Of a stretch of 64,000 bases of DNA, positions 27,896 to 37,654 are shown one piece after another. The stretch is from Bacteroidales bacterium UBA5197 (lineage in GTDB: Bacteria; Bacteroidota; Bacteroidia; Bacteroidales; Lentimicrobiaceae): NCBI GenBank assembly GCA_002412885.1, contig DHVX01000042.1:9092-73091 (forward strand). Direction: 5' to 3'. Numbering within the stretch: the stretch's first letter is position 1; the number at the start of each line of letters is the position of its first letter. Under the pieces are notes generated by a model. That model was not told where the DNA came from. It ran no database searches and was given only the letters and a program-made list of their open reading frames with translations. Both the position numbers and the translations under genes were made by a program.

Positions 27896-29215
27896 ATGGC
27901 AAAAAGAATTAAGGACACGCTTTACGAAAAAATAATGGACTGGCGGCCCCGTACCGAAAAACTGATGAAGGAATACGGTGATGTTGTGGTTGATAAGGTT
28001 ACCATTGGACAAATTATTGGTGGGATGCGGGGAATAAAATCGCTCGTATCGGATATTTCCTATCTTGATCCTCAGGAAGGAATACGATACAGGGGATATA
28101 CTTTGCCTGAGGTTTTTGAGAAACTTCCCAAGGCAAAAGGTGGTGAAATGCCTTTGGTTGAGGGTTTATATTATCTTTTGCTTACCGGAGATATGCCTAC
28201 CGAAGAGCAAGCTGCTGAAATGGCTGATGAATTTAATAAAAGGCGTATTTTGCCAAGGTATATCTATGAGCTTATCGATGCAATGCCTTGTTGCAGTCAC
28301 CCGATGACGGTATTCTCAACTGCAATTCTGACCATGCACCGCGAATCTTTTTTCTCGAAAAAGTATCATGGAGGAATGAGCAAACATGATTATTGGGATC
28401 CAACTTATGAGGATTCGCTGAGTCTGCTTGCCAAGCTTCCTGAGATTGCAACTTACACATATGCCAAACTTTACAGGGACGGAAAGCGCATTCAATCGAA
28501 CCCCAACCTTGATTTTGGAGGCAACTTCGCCCATATGATGGGAATTGGCAAACCGTACGACGATGTTTCCAGAATGCATTTTATTGTACATGCTGATCAT
28601 GAAGCTGGAAACGTAAGTGCACATACCGGGCATCTGGTTGCCAGTTCGCTCAGCGATGTATATTTATCCATTTCAGCCATGGTTAACGGATTGGCCGGGC
28701 CGCTTCACGGACTTGCCAACCAGGAAGTTTTACGCTGGCTGCAGGATTTAATGGATAAGATGAACGGGGATGTTCCAACGGAAGCTGAATTGAAACAGTT
28801 TGTCTGGGATACACTGGAATCTGGTCAGGTTATTCCGGGATTCGGTCATGCAGTATTGCGTAAAACCGACCCGAGATATTCCCTGCAACGCGAATTTAGC
28901 CTGAAGAATTTGTCTGATGACCCGTTATTCAAAATCGTGAGTATGCTATATGACATCGTGCCTCCAATTTTGCTTGAGCAGGGAAAAGCCAAAAATCCAT
29001 GGCCGAATGTAGATGCGCAATCGGGCGTAATTCAATGGCATTATGGTGTAAAAGAGTACGACTTTTATACAGTCCTTTTCGGAATCGGCCGTTCTATAGG
29101 AATTTGCGCTAACATTATCTGGGACCGTGCTTTGGGTTATTCGCTTGAGCGACCAAAATCACTTACCACCGAAATGCTTGAAAAGATAGCTGAGAATAGT
29201 CTGAAGAAAGTATAA
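27896..29215 (+). CDS. gltA: Citrate (Si)-synthase, eukaryotic/Geobacter type
   Basis: GGMRGIKSLV..S.LDPQEGIRYRG, DHEAGNVSAH, GLAGPLHGLANQEVL, PGFGHAVLRKTDPRY, NPWPNVDA, ERPKS. Confidence 0.93.
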   Translation: MAKRIKDTLYEKIMDWRPRTEKLMKEYGDVVVDKVTIGQIIGGMRGIKSLVSDISYLDPQEGIRYRGYTLPEVFEKLPKAKGGEMPLVEGLYYLLLTGDMPTEEQAAEMADEFNKRRILPRYIYELIDAMPCCSHPMTVFSTAILTMHRESFFSKKYHGGMSKHDYWDPTYEDSLSLLAKLPEIATYTYAKLYRDGKRIQSNPNLDFGGNFAHMMGIGKPYDDVSRMHFIVHADHEAGNVSAHTGHLVASSLSDVYLSISAMVNGLAGPLHGLANQEVLRWLQDLMDKMNGDVPTEAELKQFVWDTLESGQVIPGFGHAVLRKTDPRYSLQREFSLKNLSDDPLFKIVSMLYDIVPPILLEQGKAKNPWPNVDAQSGVIQWHYGVKEYDFYTVLFGIGRSIGICANIIWDRALGYSLERPKSLTTEMLEKIAENSLKKV

Positions 29216-29240
29216 AATTTCGTTTTGAATTTCCAATTTC

Positions 29241-29269
29241 AAGGGGGCATTTGTGCCCTCTTTTTTTTT
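29241..29269 (+). terminator. Intrinsic terminator after citrate synthase
   Basis: AGGGGGCA-tttg-TGCCCTCT followed by a T-run. Confidence 0.8.
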
Positions 29270-29298
29270 AAATTGAGACATAAACTTTTTAGCTTTTT

Positions 29299-29356
29299 AC
29301 ACTTACTAAGTGACAAAAGTGTGATTTTAATCACATATTTGTCACTTAATAAGTGT
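29299..29356. promoter_or_regulatory. 58-bp imperfect palindrome, possible operator
   Basis: 28-bp arms with 3 mismatches, directly upstream of the pseudogene ATG. Confidence 0.5.
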
Positions 29357-29362
29357 GGAAGC

Positions 29363-29673
29363 ATGAATATATCAAGAGAAATCTTATCCGTTTAAAGGAT
29401 TGGAAAGCCAATCAGGGCAGAAAATCGCTTATACTGCCGGGTGCCATGCAGGTTGGCAAAACCTGGATTTAAAAACATTTCGGAGAGCAGTTCATTATCC
29501 CAATTGAAGTGAAATCAGATCAGAATGTCAGAAGCAGGTCATTGTCGGTTTATCGTGAAAAGTACAAGCCGGAAATCAGTATAAGATTTTCATTGCGTAA
29601 TTTAAAGAAAGAAGAAGGATTGATTAATCTGCCATTATTTATGGCTGATTATGTTCAATCATTTCTGGATTGA
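29363..29673 (+). pseudogene. Internally deleted AAA-ATPase/DUF4143 pseudogene
   Basis: MNISREIL, then frameshift to RLKDWKANQGRKSLILPGAMQVGKTWI*KHFGEQ (Walker A), joined in frame to IIPIEVKSDQNVRSRSL...GLINLPLFM (C-terminal nuclease-like motif). Confidence 0.8.
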
Positions 29674-29772
29674 TTTTTACTTTCCGATTTTACAATTTGA
29701 TCAAATCAGAGGATTTGATGACTACATATTTCATGCAATAAAAACATATCTTTGACACAAATCCCATAATAT

Positions 29773-31962
29773 ATGATCAGAAAACTACTCACAACTACTT
29801 CACTGGTTGTACTAATGCTAAATTCTTTTGCACAAGGATGGACATTACAGAATCCTCTGCCTACGTTTCAGGATATTTTTGATGTTTCATTCCCTTCTGT
29901 GGATACCGGTTATATTGTAGGAGATCAAACGCTTATGCGAACAATAGATGGTGGACTCACATGGAAATCGCTGCCAATGCATGCCTTCCTGGAAGGAAAA
30001 CAGATCAGTAATGTGAATTTTATTAACAATAACAAGGGTTTTATTGGAAATGGAAAGTGCTTGTACACAACAGTTGATGCCGGACATACATGGAGTTACC
30101 AGGTAATTCAATTATGGGGTGATATAAAAGGGTCATATTTTTATAACGACACACTCGGCTTTGTTATAGGCCGATATAGTTTACTTTCAAAAACCGGTGA
30201 TGGTGGACAATCATGGCAAAATATTAGCTTCAATGCCAGTGAAGAGATCTTGTATGACGTGATTAAATTTGCAAATCCACAAACGGGTTATATTTCAGGG
30301 TATGGGGGACTTAATCCGGAAGAACCAGTATTAAAGCGTTCAGATGATGGAGGACTTACCTGGATAAATGTAAATGTTCCTTCGGAAGTTGAATATATAA
30401 CATCTATGGAAGTGCTTGGGCCGGATGACATCTGGATTGGAGCCGGCGCTTTTCAAGCAGGTCCCTATAGTTTTTATGCACCTGCCTTCCACTCAGTAGA
30501 TGGAGGAAATTCATGGACTACTCATATTTTAGGTCAAAGTTGCAATACTTCTTTTGGAACTGAGAGTATGAAGTTCTTTGATTCGCTCACAGGGTATGTG
30601 CTTAATAGTTGCCAGTTCTATAGTACAAATGATGGTGGACAAACCTGGAATGATAAGCCATTTAGCATCTTTAATGAATCATTTGAAAATTTCTCTTGTC
30701 CAAATCCTGATGTTTGTGTAGTTGTAGGATCTGGACCAGCTTTAAGAAAAACTATAGACGCTGGTGAAAACTTTGAGGATCTCATCACAGGTAATAAATA
30801 TGTCAATTATTCTGTTTATTTCAAAGATTCTTTGAATGGTTTTGTAGGGGGCGTTAAGTCGATGGGCAGTTTTATTAATTATACGAATGATGGGGGTAAA
30901 ACATGGCAGGATTCATATCTTGACCTGACGCTTGATTCTATATCTGATCCACCCTGGTATCATGACTACATAATATTAGACATAGCCTTTATGACAGAAA
31001 CTACAGGCTGGGCAGTGTTCAGGGGAAATGTGATATATAAAACAACTGACGGAGGTTTAAATTGGTACAAAGGTACAACCGGGATTGAAAAATATGTAAA
31101 GTGGCTTAGCATCCCTGATGATCACTCAATCTTTATCAGTGGAAGTTCATGTAGTGTCATTAAATCAACAGATGCAGGAAACACATGGGAGGATGTCAGT
31201 CCGCTGGTAACAGGTTACACTACATATTGCCGATCAGTTTTCACAGACAGCTTAACTGGGTACCTGCCTGCAATTAATTCCATGGGAATGGGTGTAATGT
31301 TTAAAACGGAAGATGGCGGGCTTACGTGGTTTGAAATTGATTATGGAAGTTCCGGAACAATTATAAGTATAAGTTTCAAAGATAACTTGAATGGTATCAT
31401 TGGCCTAAACAACAAATCCATCAGGTTCACAAGCGATGGCGGGGCAACCTGGAACACATCATCCGTCAATTTGCCGCAGAATGTCACATATCTTAAAATG
31501 GTGGATTCTCAAACAGCCATAGCAACCATTGATGGGGATTTTATGGCAATATCACACAATGGAGGTGAGTCATTTACAGTTGTATATGAAGGTTCATTAT
31601 ATTGGCCATTGCTTTATCAGCGTACTACTGCTACTTGCTTTATAGACGAAACAATTGGCTGGAGTGCGAGTAATAGTGGCATGATTATGCGTTTTGACCT
31701 TTTAACAACTGGTATAGTTCAACCCGGTAATTCGGTGAATTCTATAGAGTTGCTATTTTATCCAAATCCAGCAAACGAACTCATAAATATATTGGCCAAA
31801 AGTTATACCAAATTACAAATTTATGATTGCCATGGCCGAATAGTTCATTCACAGCCATTTATAGAAAATAATCAAGTTAACATATCTCATTTAACATCCG
31901 GAATTTATATAGTGAGTCTTGTCACCAAAAATGGACGAAAGCAGCAAAAGTTGATTAAATAG
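29773..31962 (+). CDS. T9SS-secreted BNR/Ycf48-like beta-propeller protein
   Basis: Signal peptide, many T.DGG.TW Asp-box repeats, C-terminal YPNPA...GIYIV CTD. Confidence 0.85.
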   Translation: MIRKLLTTTSLVVLMLNSFAQGWTLQNPLPTFQDIFDVSFPSVDTGYIVGDQTLMRTIDGGLTWKSLPMHAFLEGKQISNVNFINNNKGFIGNGKCLYTTVDAGHTWSYQVIQLWGDIKGSYFYNDTLGFVIGRYSLLSKTGDGGQSWQNISFNASEEILYDVIKFANPQTGYISGYGGLNPEEPVLKRSDDGGLTWINVNVPSEVEYITSMEVLGPDDIWIGAGAFQAGPYSFYAPAFHSVDGGNSWTTHILGQSCNTSFGTESMKFFDSLTGYVLNSCQFYSTNDGGQTWNDKPFSIFNESFENFSCPNPDVCVVVGSGPALRKTIDAGENFEDLITGNKYVNYSVYFKDSLNGFVGGVKSMGSFINYTNDGGKTWQDSYLDLTLDSISDPPWYHDYIILDIAFMTETTGWAVFRGNVIYKTTDGGLNWYKGTTGIEKYVKWLSIPDDHSIFISGSSCSVIKSTDAGNTWEDVSPLVTGYTTYCRSVFTDSLTGYLPAINSMGMGVMFKTEDGGLTWFEIDYGSSGTIISISFKDNLNGIIGLNNKSIRFTSDGGATWNTSSVNLPQNVTYLKMVDSQTAIATIDGDFMAISHNGGESFTVVYEGSLYWPLLYQRTTATCFIDETIGWSASNSGMIMRFDLLTTGIVQPGNSVNSIELLFYPNPANELINILAKSYTKLQIYDCHGRIVHSQPFIENNQVNISHLTSGIYIVSLVTKNGRKQQKLIK

Positions 31963-32012
31963 TGCTGACAAGATTAACCCATTTACTAACTTTGTATTTT
32001 ACTCCATCAGCC

Positions 32013-32423
32013 ATGACAAAACAAATAGAAATTATACTCCCCGCTTACCCTCGGGGTTTCCATCTGATTACCGATAAAGTTGTTTCTCAACTGGGTGACT
32101 TGCCTTTGTCGGGTTTGCTGCATTTATTTATTTTGCACACCTCTGCTGGTATTTGCATTAACGAAAATGCTGATTCAACTGTGCTTGATGATTTTGAAAC
32201 CGTTTTCAACAGGATGGTTCCTGAGAATCAACCTTATTATCGCCATACCATTGAAGGAAGTGATGATATGCCGGCGCATATCAAGTCAGTGCTCACCGGA
32301 AGCGAATTGTCCGTTCCGATAATAAACGGTAAACTCAGATTGGGAACCTGGCAGGGTATTTATTTGTGCGAGTTCCGGAACAGAGCTGTTGCCAGAAAAA
32401 TAATTGCAACCATTATCAGTTGA
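32013..32423 (+). CDS. YjbQ/UPF0047 family protein
   Basis: HTSAGICINENAD, EGSDDMPAHIKS, LGTWQGIYLCEFR. Confidence 0.92.
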   Translation: MTKQIEIILPAYPRGFHLITDKVVSQLGDLPLSGLLHLFILHTSAGICINENADSTVLDDFETVFNRMVPENQPYYRHTIEGSDDMPAHIKSVLTGSELSVPIINGKLRLGTWQGIYLCEFRNRAVARKIIATIIS

Positions 32424-32467
32424 TGCTGTGACTTTGATTATTTAATAGCAACTGAATAAGCGTTATG

Positions 32468-32577
32468 TCCTTCGATTCCGCTCAGGAGGACATCGTATAG
32501 AATTGATAATTAGTGCATTAAGATGATGCAGTGTACACTATAAACGAATGTCACACTGAGCGGAGTCGAAGTGTTTT
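32468..32577 (-). mobile_element. REPIN-like element, family A copy 2
   Basis: TCCTTCGATTCCGCTCAGGAGGACA, 56-nt spacer, TGTCACACTGAGCGGAGTCGAAGTG. Confidence 0.85.
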
Positions 32578-32613
32578 GACGTTTATGTTCCAGGTTATCC
32601 GAAACAAAAGCAA

Positions 32614-33597
32614 TTACCTCAAAGCTTCATAATACCACCTGATGGCCTCTTTTAATCCTTGTGATAAACTGTACCGGGGATGATAGCCCAGCAATGCTGA
32701 AGCTTTTTCAATGGAAGCAAGTGAATGCAGTACATCGCCTTTTCTGGTTGGACCAAAAACCGGCTTAATTGATTTTACTTCCGGAATGAATTCCGAAAGG
32801 TTAAGTATCAATTGATCATAAAGCTCCAACAGACTGGTGTTTTCACCGAAAGCCACATTATAAACCGTATTTACAGCTTCAGGGTTCTGCGTAAGCAAGG
32901 CCAATTGATTTATACTCACTACATTCTCAACATAAGTAAAATCACGTGAATGTGAGCCATCTCCGTTGATAACCGGAGCTTCTCCGTTGATCAGGGATTT
33001 GAGAAATTTCGGAATTACAGCGGCATAAGCACCATCAGGATCCTGCCGCTTGCCAAAGACATTAAAATACCTTAATCCGATGGTTTCAATTCCATAAAGA
33101 TCGGAGAAAACATTGGCATACAATTCATTCACATATTTTGTGATGGCATAAGGTGATAAAGGTTTACCGATAATGTCTTCTCTTTTTGGCAAAGCGGGAT
33201 GATCGCCATAAGTGGAAGAGCTGGCAGCATACACAAATCTTTTGATGCCGGCATCGCGTGTGGCAATCAGCATATTCAGAAACCCGGTAACGTTTACTTC
33301 ATTGGTTGTTAGTGGATCGTTTATTGACCGCGGCACCGATCCGAGCGCTGCCTGGTGAAGTACATATTCTACGCCTTCAACAGCCTTTTTGCAGTCTTCA
33401 GGGTTGCGGATGTCGCCTTCAATCATCCTGAATTTCGGATTCTCAAGAAAGGGTTGAATATTTTGCCTTTTTCCCGTACTGAAATTATCGAGGCAAACCA
33501 CATAATTTCCCTGCAAAAGCAAGGCTTCGATAATGTTGGAGCCTATAAAGCCGGCACCCCCGGTTACCAGAACTTTTGAATTGACCAGCTTTTGCAT
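32614..33597 (-). CDS. NAD-dependent epimerase (WbpP/TviC-like UDP-GlcNAc 4-epimerase)
   Basis: GGAGFIGS, HQAALGSVPRS, AASSSTYG, YAITK, LRYFNVFG, YAAVIP. Confidence 0.9.
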   Translation of the reverse strand: MQKLVNSKVLVTGGAGFIGSNIIEALLLQGNYVVCLDNFSTGKRQNIQPFLENPKFRMIEGDIRNPEDCKKAVEGVEYVLHQAALGSVPRSINDPLTTNEVNVTGFLNMLIATRDAGIKRFVYAASSSTYGDHPALPKREDIIGKPLSPYAITKYVNELYANVFSDLYGIETIGLRYFNVFGKRQDPDGAYAAVIPKFLKSLINGEAPVINGDGSHSRDFTYVENVVSINQLALLTQNPEAVNTVYNVAFGENTSLLELYDQLILNLSEFIPEVKSIKPVFGPTRKGDVLHSLASIEKASALLGYHPRYSLSQGLKEAIRWYYEALR

Positions 33598-33620
33598 AGC
33601 ATTTTGATTATGTGTTTTGC

Positions 33621-34682
33621 TTATTCAGTTCTTCGTTGTGTAAACGAGGAGAGCGGACGGAGTATCTTGTCAAATACAAAATACTGAATCAGCACAAAGT
33701 CCTCATCGTCATTGATGTAGGCATACATTCTATCCTTGTCGTGATAGACAGTGGAGCCATCAAAAACATCAATTTCAGGTTCGGGCAGCATCCGGGGGAA
33801 GGTTCTGATATTCTGCACCGTTCCATCCTTTGCCTGCAGGGTTATGATGTGCATGGGAGTTACGCCCGAAATGGAGTCTTTGCGATGTGGTTCCATATCG
33901 TTGAATAGAGCCTCGTAGCGAATGTTTCTGAATGCATTGACAAATCCCATCAACTGAAGCGTGTCGAACGAAGTCAGAGTTCTGTTATCCATAAGGCGGA
34001 TAAGTTCCAGCGTTGAGTTGTCTTTGTTGACTACTTTGTACGATTCGTTGGACTGGTCAGGAAATTCAACAGTAATAAAATCGATTTCAGGAAACCTCTT
34101 ATTAAATACAGTGTGTTCGCGCCAATTGGTTTCAAGTGTTGAAAAGCGGGTGGCCACATAGCCTCTCAAGCCTGGCATATAGAGTACTACCGGAGAGTTC
34201 GATCCTTCCATAAGCGCATAAGTTCCGTTGTTATCCATGGTTGCATCGCCTATGTAATAGGTTTTTGCCATTTTCTCGTATGGGAAGAATTTGTACTGAC
34301 CGATTTTTATACGATGGCTGTTTTGATAGATTTCCACTTTTACCGAACGGGCAGAAAGTAATGTGATGATGTTGTTGTGTGCTGCTTTTGCCACAGGTTC
34401 GCGAACTGCGAGATTCGAAACCGTCAAAAGAAAAGTATTGATATTTTCGGGATGTGCATTGTACCTCTGGTTCATCATCCAGATTCCATCGCTTTTCCTT
34501 TCAAGCAGTATGGAACGATCTGATTTATCCGACATGAAAATTTTTGTAATTGATGCCGTATCGCTGATTGAAAAATCCCTGAGGTCTTTGCCAAGTGTGG
34601 TGTTTGACTTGTTGAATACGATAAGGCTGGCAATGATTGCCAATATAACCGCAATGATGAGTGTGACTTTGGTTTTGTTCAT
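33621..34682 (-). CDS. Membrane-anchored protein (DUF4340-like) downstream of gldG
   Basis: Single N-terminal TM helix, WR..TVF motif; gene context. Confidence 0.55.
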   Translation of the reverse strand: MNKTKVTLIIAVILAIIASLIVFNKSNTTLGKDLRDFSISDTASITKIFMSDKSDRSILLERKSDGIWMMNQRYNAHPENINTFLLTVSNLAVREPVAKAAHNNIITLLSARSVKVEIYQNSHRIKIGQYKFFPYEKMAKTYYIGDATMDNNGTYALMEGSNSPVVLYMPGLRGYVATRFSTLETNWREHTVFNKRFPEIDFITVEFPDQSNESYKVVNKDNSTLELIRLMDNRTLTSFDTLQLMGFVNAFRNIRYEALFNDMEPHRKDSISGVTPMHIITLQAKDGTVQNIRTFPRMLPEPEIDVFDGSTVYHDKDRMYAYINDDEDFVLIQYFVFDKILRPLSSFTQRRTE

Positions 34683-34718
34683 GTTTTTTGATTATGTTTT
34701 AATGTTTGAAAGGCGTTT

Positions 34719-34756
34719 AAACACTTTCCCGCACGTGCGGGACTCAGTGTGACATT
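34719..34756 (+). repeat. Solo family-A REP variant with an internal 16-bp palindrome
   Basis: ACACTT-TCCCGCACGTGCGGGA-CTCAGTGTGACATT. Confidence 0.7.
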
Positions 34757-34816
34757 GGTGTTGCAGAGCGTTGTTGCATTTTAATTGATTCATTCTCAAT
34801 TTAAAACGTGGCTGGC

Positions 34817-34926
34817 AAAACACTTTGACTCCGCTCTGTGTGACATTCGTATTTGGTCGGTCGTGTACACTTTTAATACACACATTATCAGCTCTCTACA
34901 ATGTCATCCTGAGCGGAGTCGAAGGA
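34817..34926 (+). mobile_element. REPIN-like element, family A copy 3
   Basis: CACTTTGACTCCGCTCTGTGTGACA, 56-nt spacer, TGTCATCCTGAGCGGAGTCGAAGGA. Confidence 0.85.
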
Positions 34927-34999
34927 CATTATTTTCCAATTCTATTCCTTTACGAAAAAACATTGCATTATGTTTAATTTAGTTTTATCAATACCCGTC

Positions 35000-36769
35000 T
35001 TATCTTGCGTATCTCCGTTTTCGAAGGAAGAACTGAATCAGTCCGAAAAGGATCACCAATAAAACAGGTCCGGCAGTATTTATCAGTTGCCACATCACCA
35101 GATTCTTCGAAGCTCGTGTTCTGTCAAGTACTCTGAGCTTTAGCTCTCGCGAACGCACCGACATCAGTCCCGTATCATCGCAAAGGTAATTGACGGCATT
35201 CAGCATAAAATCTTTATTTCCAAAGGTTTGCCCGGTGAATCTGTCATATCCCAACGGATAAGGATTGTAATTGCCGGCACTGAACTGTATCTGATTTTTG
35301 ATCATATCTCCATCAGCAATAACAATCATTCGGTTCTCAGGGCTTTTTTCGGTAAAACCTATCTCCGGAGCTTTTGAAATCTCTCCCGGAATGCGGTTGC
35401 TGAACAATGATTCAAATTCGCCTTCAAGCAGCACAGCAACGGGTTGCGGCGGTTGATTGTAGTCGGCAGGATTGGGTTCGCTTCTCAGTATTTCAAGGCT
35501 GATCATCACGGGTGTCATTGCAATGCGCGTGTATTCTGAGGTTTTAAGCAAAATTGTTTTCCTGATTCCGGGATTGCCAACGGTGTCGATGCTGCTGATA
35601 AATTCAGTACGCACCGCATTCAGATTATTGACAATCGGATGCTTTGAAGTAGAAGTTAACACCGGAAAATAAAACCAGGGGAAAAAGCTGTATTGCGGCT
35701 GGTTGCCTACATTGCCGGTAAAAACAGGAATGGGTAAAGCATTGAGATCCATCAGCAGATTGCTGTTCAATCTGACTCCGTAACGGAACAGCTGGTCGTT
35801 CAGGTTGATGTCCTGTGTGATGCCCATGGTGCGGTTTGCCGCCTGAATGCTGTCCATGCTTGCAAAAACAGGATCAATCAGCCATAAAACCTTGCCACCT
35901 TTCATGATAAACTGGTCAATGATGAATTTGTCTTTTTCGCTAAAGATGGAATCGGGTTTTGCAATGATGATGGCTTTGTATTTATTTGAAACAGCAAAGC
36001 TGCCGTCTTCACCTTCTTTGCGATCGGTGAGTGCATTCACCTGGCCATCAAGTTTTACCCTGTCAACAATGTAAAAATCAGAAAGTGCTCTTGAAATATC
36101 GGCGGTTTCAAGCCGCGATAATTCTCCGTGTCCTTCGGTGAAAGCAATGCGTGGTTTGCTGGCAGTTCCGAGTTTTCTGATGGCGTTTGAAATGTTATAT
36201 TCCAATGCCTGAATGGAATTGTTGATGATTGCATCGGGTGCTGCACCAACCTGTTCTGCCATTAGATTGATGGGTATTTCACGTCCCTTGTGCGAAAGAA
36301 TTGCACCGGGAAAAATCCGCTGTTGTTTTTGCCCTTCCTTGGTTCTTACGTTGATATCGGTAGGTTGAATTCCCTGTTGAGCCAATCTCTCGAAAATGTC
36401 ATTTCGGGTTTTGGCATCTGATGCGGCAGAAGGATTGATAAATTCATATTCAATGTTATCGCTGAAAGCCCTGAATTCGTCAAGCATTTCACGGGTTGAC
36501 CGGCTCAGCATTTTAAATCCGGCAGGAAATTCACCTTCAAGATATACTTTAAAGTAAAAAATATCGTCGGTTTCTCTGAGCAATTTCTTTGTTGAAGGGG
36601 AGAGTGAGTATCGTTTTTCGGAAGTAAGGTCGAGCCTGAAATAAATGGCAGAACCTATAATGTTGAGAAAAATAATGATAATCAAACCCAGAAACAGCTG
36701 TATAATATTTGCCCGGCGTACGTCCTTGTAAGAGTTGGTGGTAGGATTCATCTGAAATTCTTTTGACAT
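35000..36769 (-). CDS. gldG: Gliding motility-associated ABC transporter auxiliary protein GldG
   Basis: RLDLTSEKRYSLS, GHGEL, IDQFIMKGGKVLW, LGYDRFTGQTFGNKDF, RSRELKLR. Confidence 0.92.
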   Translation of the reverse strand: MSKEFQMNPTTNSYKDVRRANIIQLFLGLIIIIFLNIIGSAIYFRLDLTSEKRYSLSPSTKKLLRETDDIFYFKVYLEGEFPAGFKMLSRSTREMLDEFRAFSDNIEYEFINPSAASDAKTRNDIFERLAQQGIQPTDINVRTKEGQKQQRIFPGAILSHKGREIPINLMAEQVGAAPDAIINNSIQALEYNISNAIRKLGTASKPRIAFTEGHGELSRLETADISRALSDFYIVDRVKLDGQVNALTDRKEGEDGSFAVSNKYKAIIIAKPDSIFSEKDKFIIDQFIMKGGKVLWLIDPVFASMDSIQAANRTMGITQDINLNDQLFRYGVRLNSNLLMDLNALPIPVFTGNVGNQPQYSFFPWFYFPVLTSTSKHPIVNNLNAVRTEFISSIDTVGNPGIRKTILLKTSEYTRIAMTPVMISLEILRSEPNPADYNQPPQPVAVLLEGEFESLFSNRIPGEISKAPEIGFTEKSPENRMIVIADGDMIKNQIQFSAGNYNPYPLGYDRFTGQTFGNKDFMLNAVNYLCDDTGLMSVRSRELKLRVLDRTRASKNLVMWQLINTAGPVLLVILFGLIQFFLRKRRYAR

Positions 36770-36782
36770 TTTAAAACCGGGC

Positions 36783-37544
36783 TTATGCTTTCTTTTTTAC
36801 TGAAACGGTGTTTTCCCACTTACGGCTTTCGAGTGCCGTTTTGGTCATCATCAGAAAAATAGCAATGAGACTCAGGAAATAGAGCACATCTCTGGTGTCG
36901 ATTACTCCGCGGCTCATTGATGTGTAATGGGCCTGTATTCCCAACGAAATGATAAAAAGATCAACTTTCCCGAACAGTGCCAAACCTGCGATAATATCGA
37001 AACCCATCAGCAGAAATCCGCAGATAATCAACGACAACATAAAAGCAACAATCTGATTATCGGTAACTGATGATATGAAAAGACCTATTGCAGCAAAAGC
37101 AGAGGCAAGGAAAATCAGGCCAATGTATGAGCCCCACAATCCGCCCATATCAAGGTTTCCTTTGGGACTTCCCAGCAGATATACCGAAACGGCATAAATT
37201 AGCGTAGGCAGCAAAGCCAGCAAAACCAGGGTTATGCTGGCGAGGTATTTCGAGAAGATAATCTGGAAATCGGTAAGGGGTTTGGTGAGCAGCATTTCTA
37301 TGGTTCCGCTGCGTTTTTCGTCGGCAAACGAACGCATGGTAATGGCCGGAATCAAAAACAGAAAAACCATAGGAGCCAGTGCAAACATATTGTCGAGGCT
37401 TGCGTACCCGAAATCGATGATGTTAAATCCCATAGGAAAAACCCAAAGAAAGAGTCCGTTGATCAACAGAAAAACAATGACAGCTATGTACCCGATCAAC
37501 GAGTTTAAAAAGCTGAAAATTTCTTTTTTATAAAGGGTAAACAT
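36783..37544 (-). CDS. gldF: Gliding motility-associated ABC transporter permease GldF
   Basis: KKEIFSF, PAITMRSFADEKRSGTIEMLLTKP, TDNQIVAF, SRGVIDTRD. Confidence 0.93.
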   Translation of the reverse strand: MFTLYKKEIFSFLNSLIGYIAVIVFLLINGLFLWVFPMGFNIIDFGYASLDNMFALAPMVFLFLIPAITMRSFADEKRSGTIEMLLTKPLTDFQIIFSKYLASITLVLLALLPTLIYAVSVYLLGSPKGNLDMGGLWGSYIGLIFLASAFAAIGLFISSVTDNQIVAFMLSLIICGFLLMGFDIIAGLALFGKVDLFIISLGIQAHYTSMSRGVIDTRDVLYFLSLIAIFLMMTKTALESRKWENTVSVKKKA

Positions 37545-37654
37545 AGTAAATGAAAAGCTTAAACACCGCATTTACGGGGCTGCTAAATTACTCAAATTTA
37601 TGAATTGGGGCAAGGAATGATGGATCAGTAAGGGCCTGAAGGTGTTAAAATATC

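Noticed and set aside
34692..34982. Two short ORFs between DUF4340 and gldG
   Set aside because: They coincide with REP/REPIN sequences.
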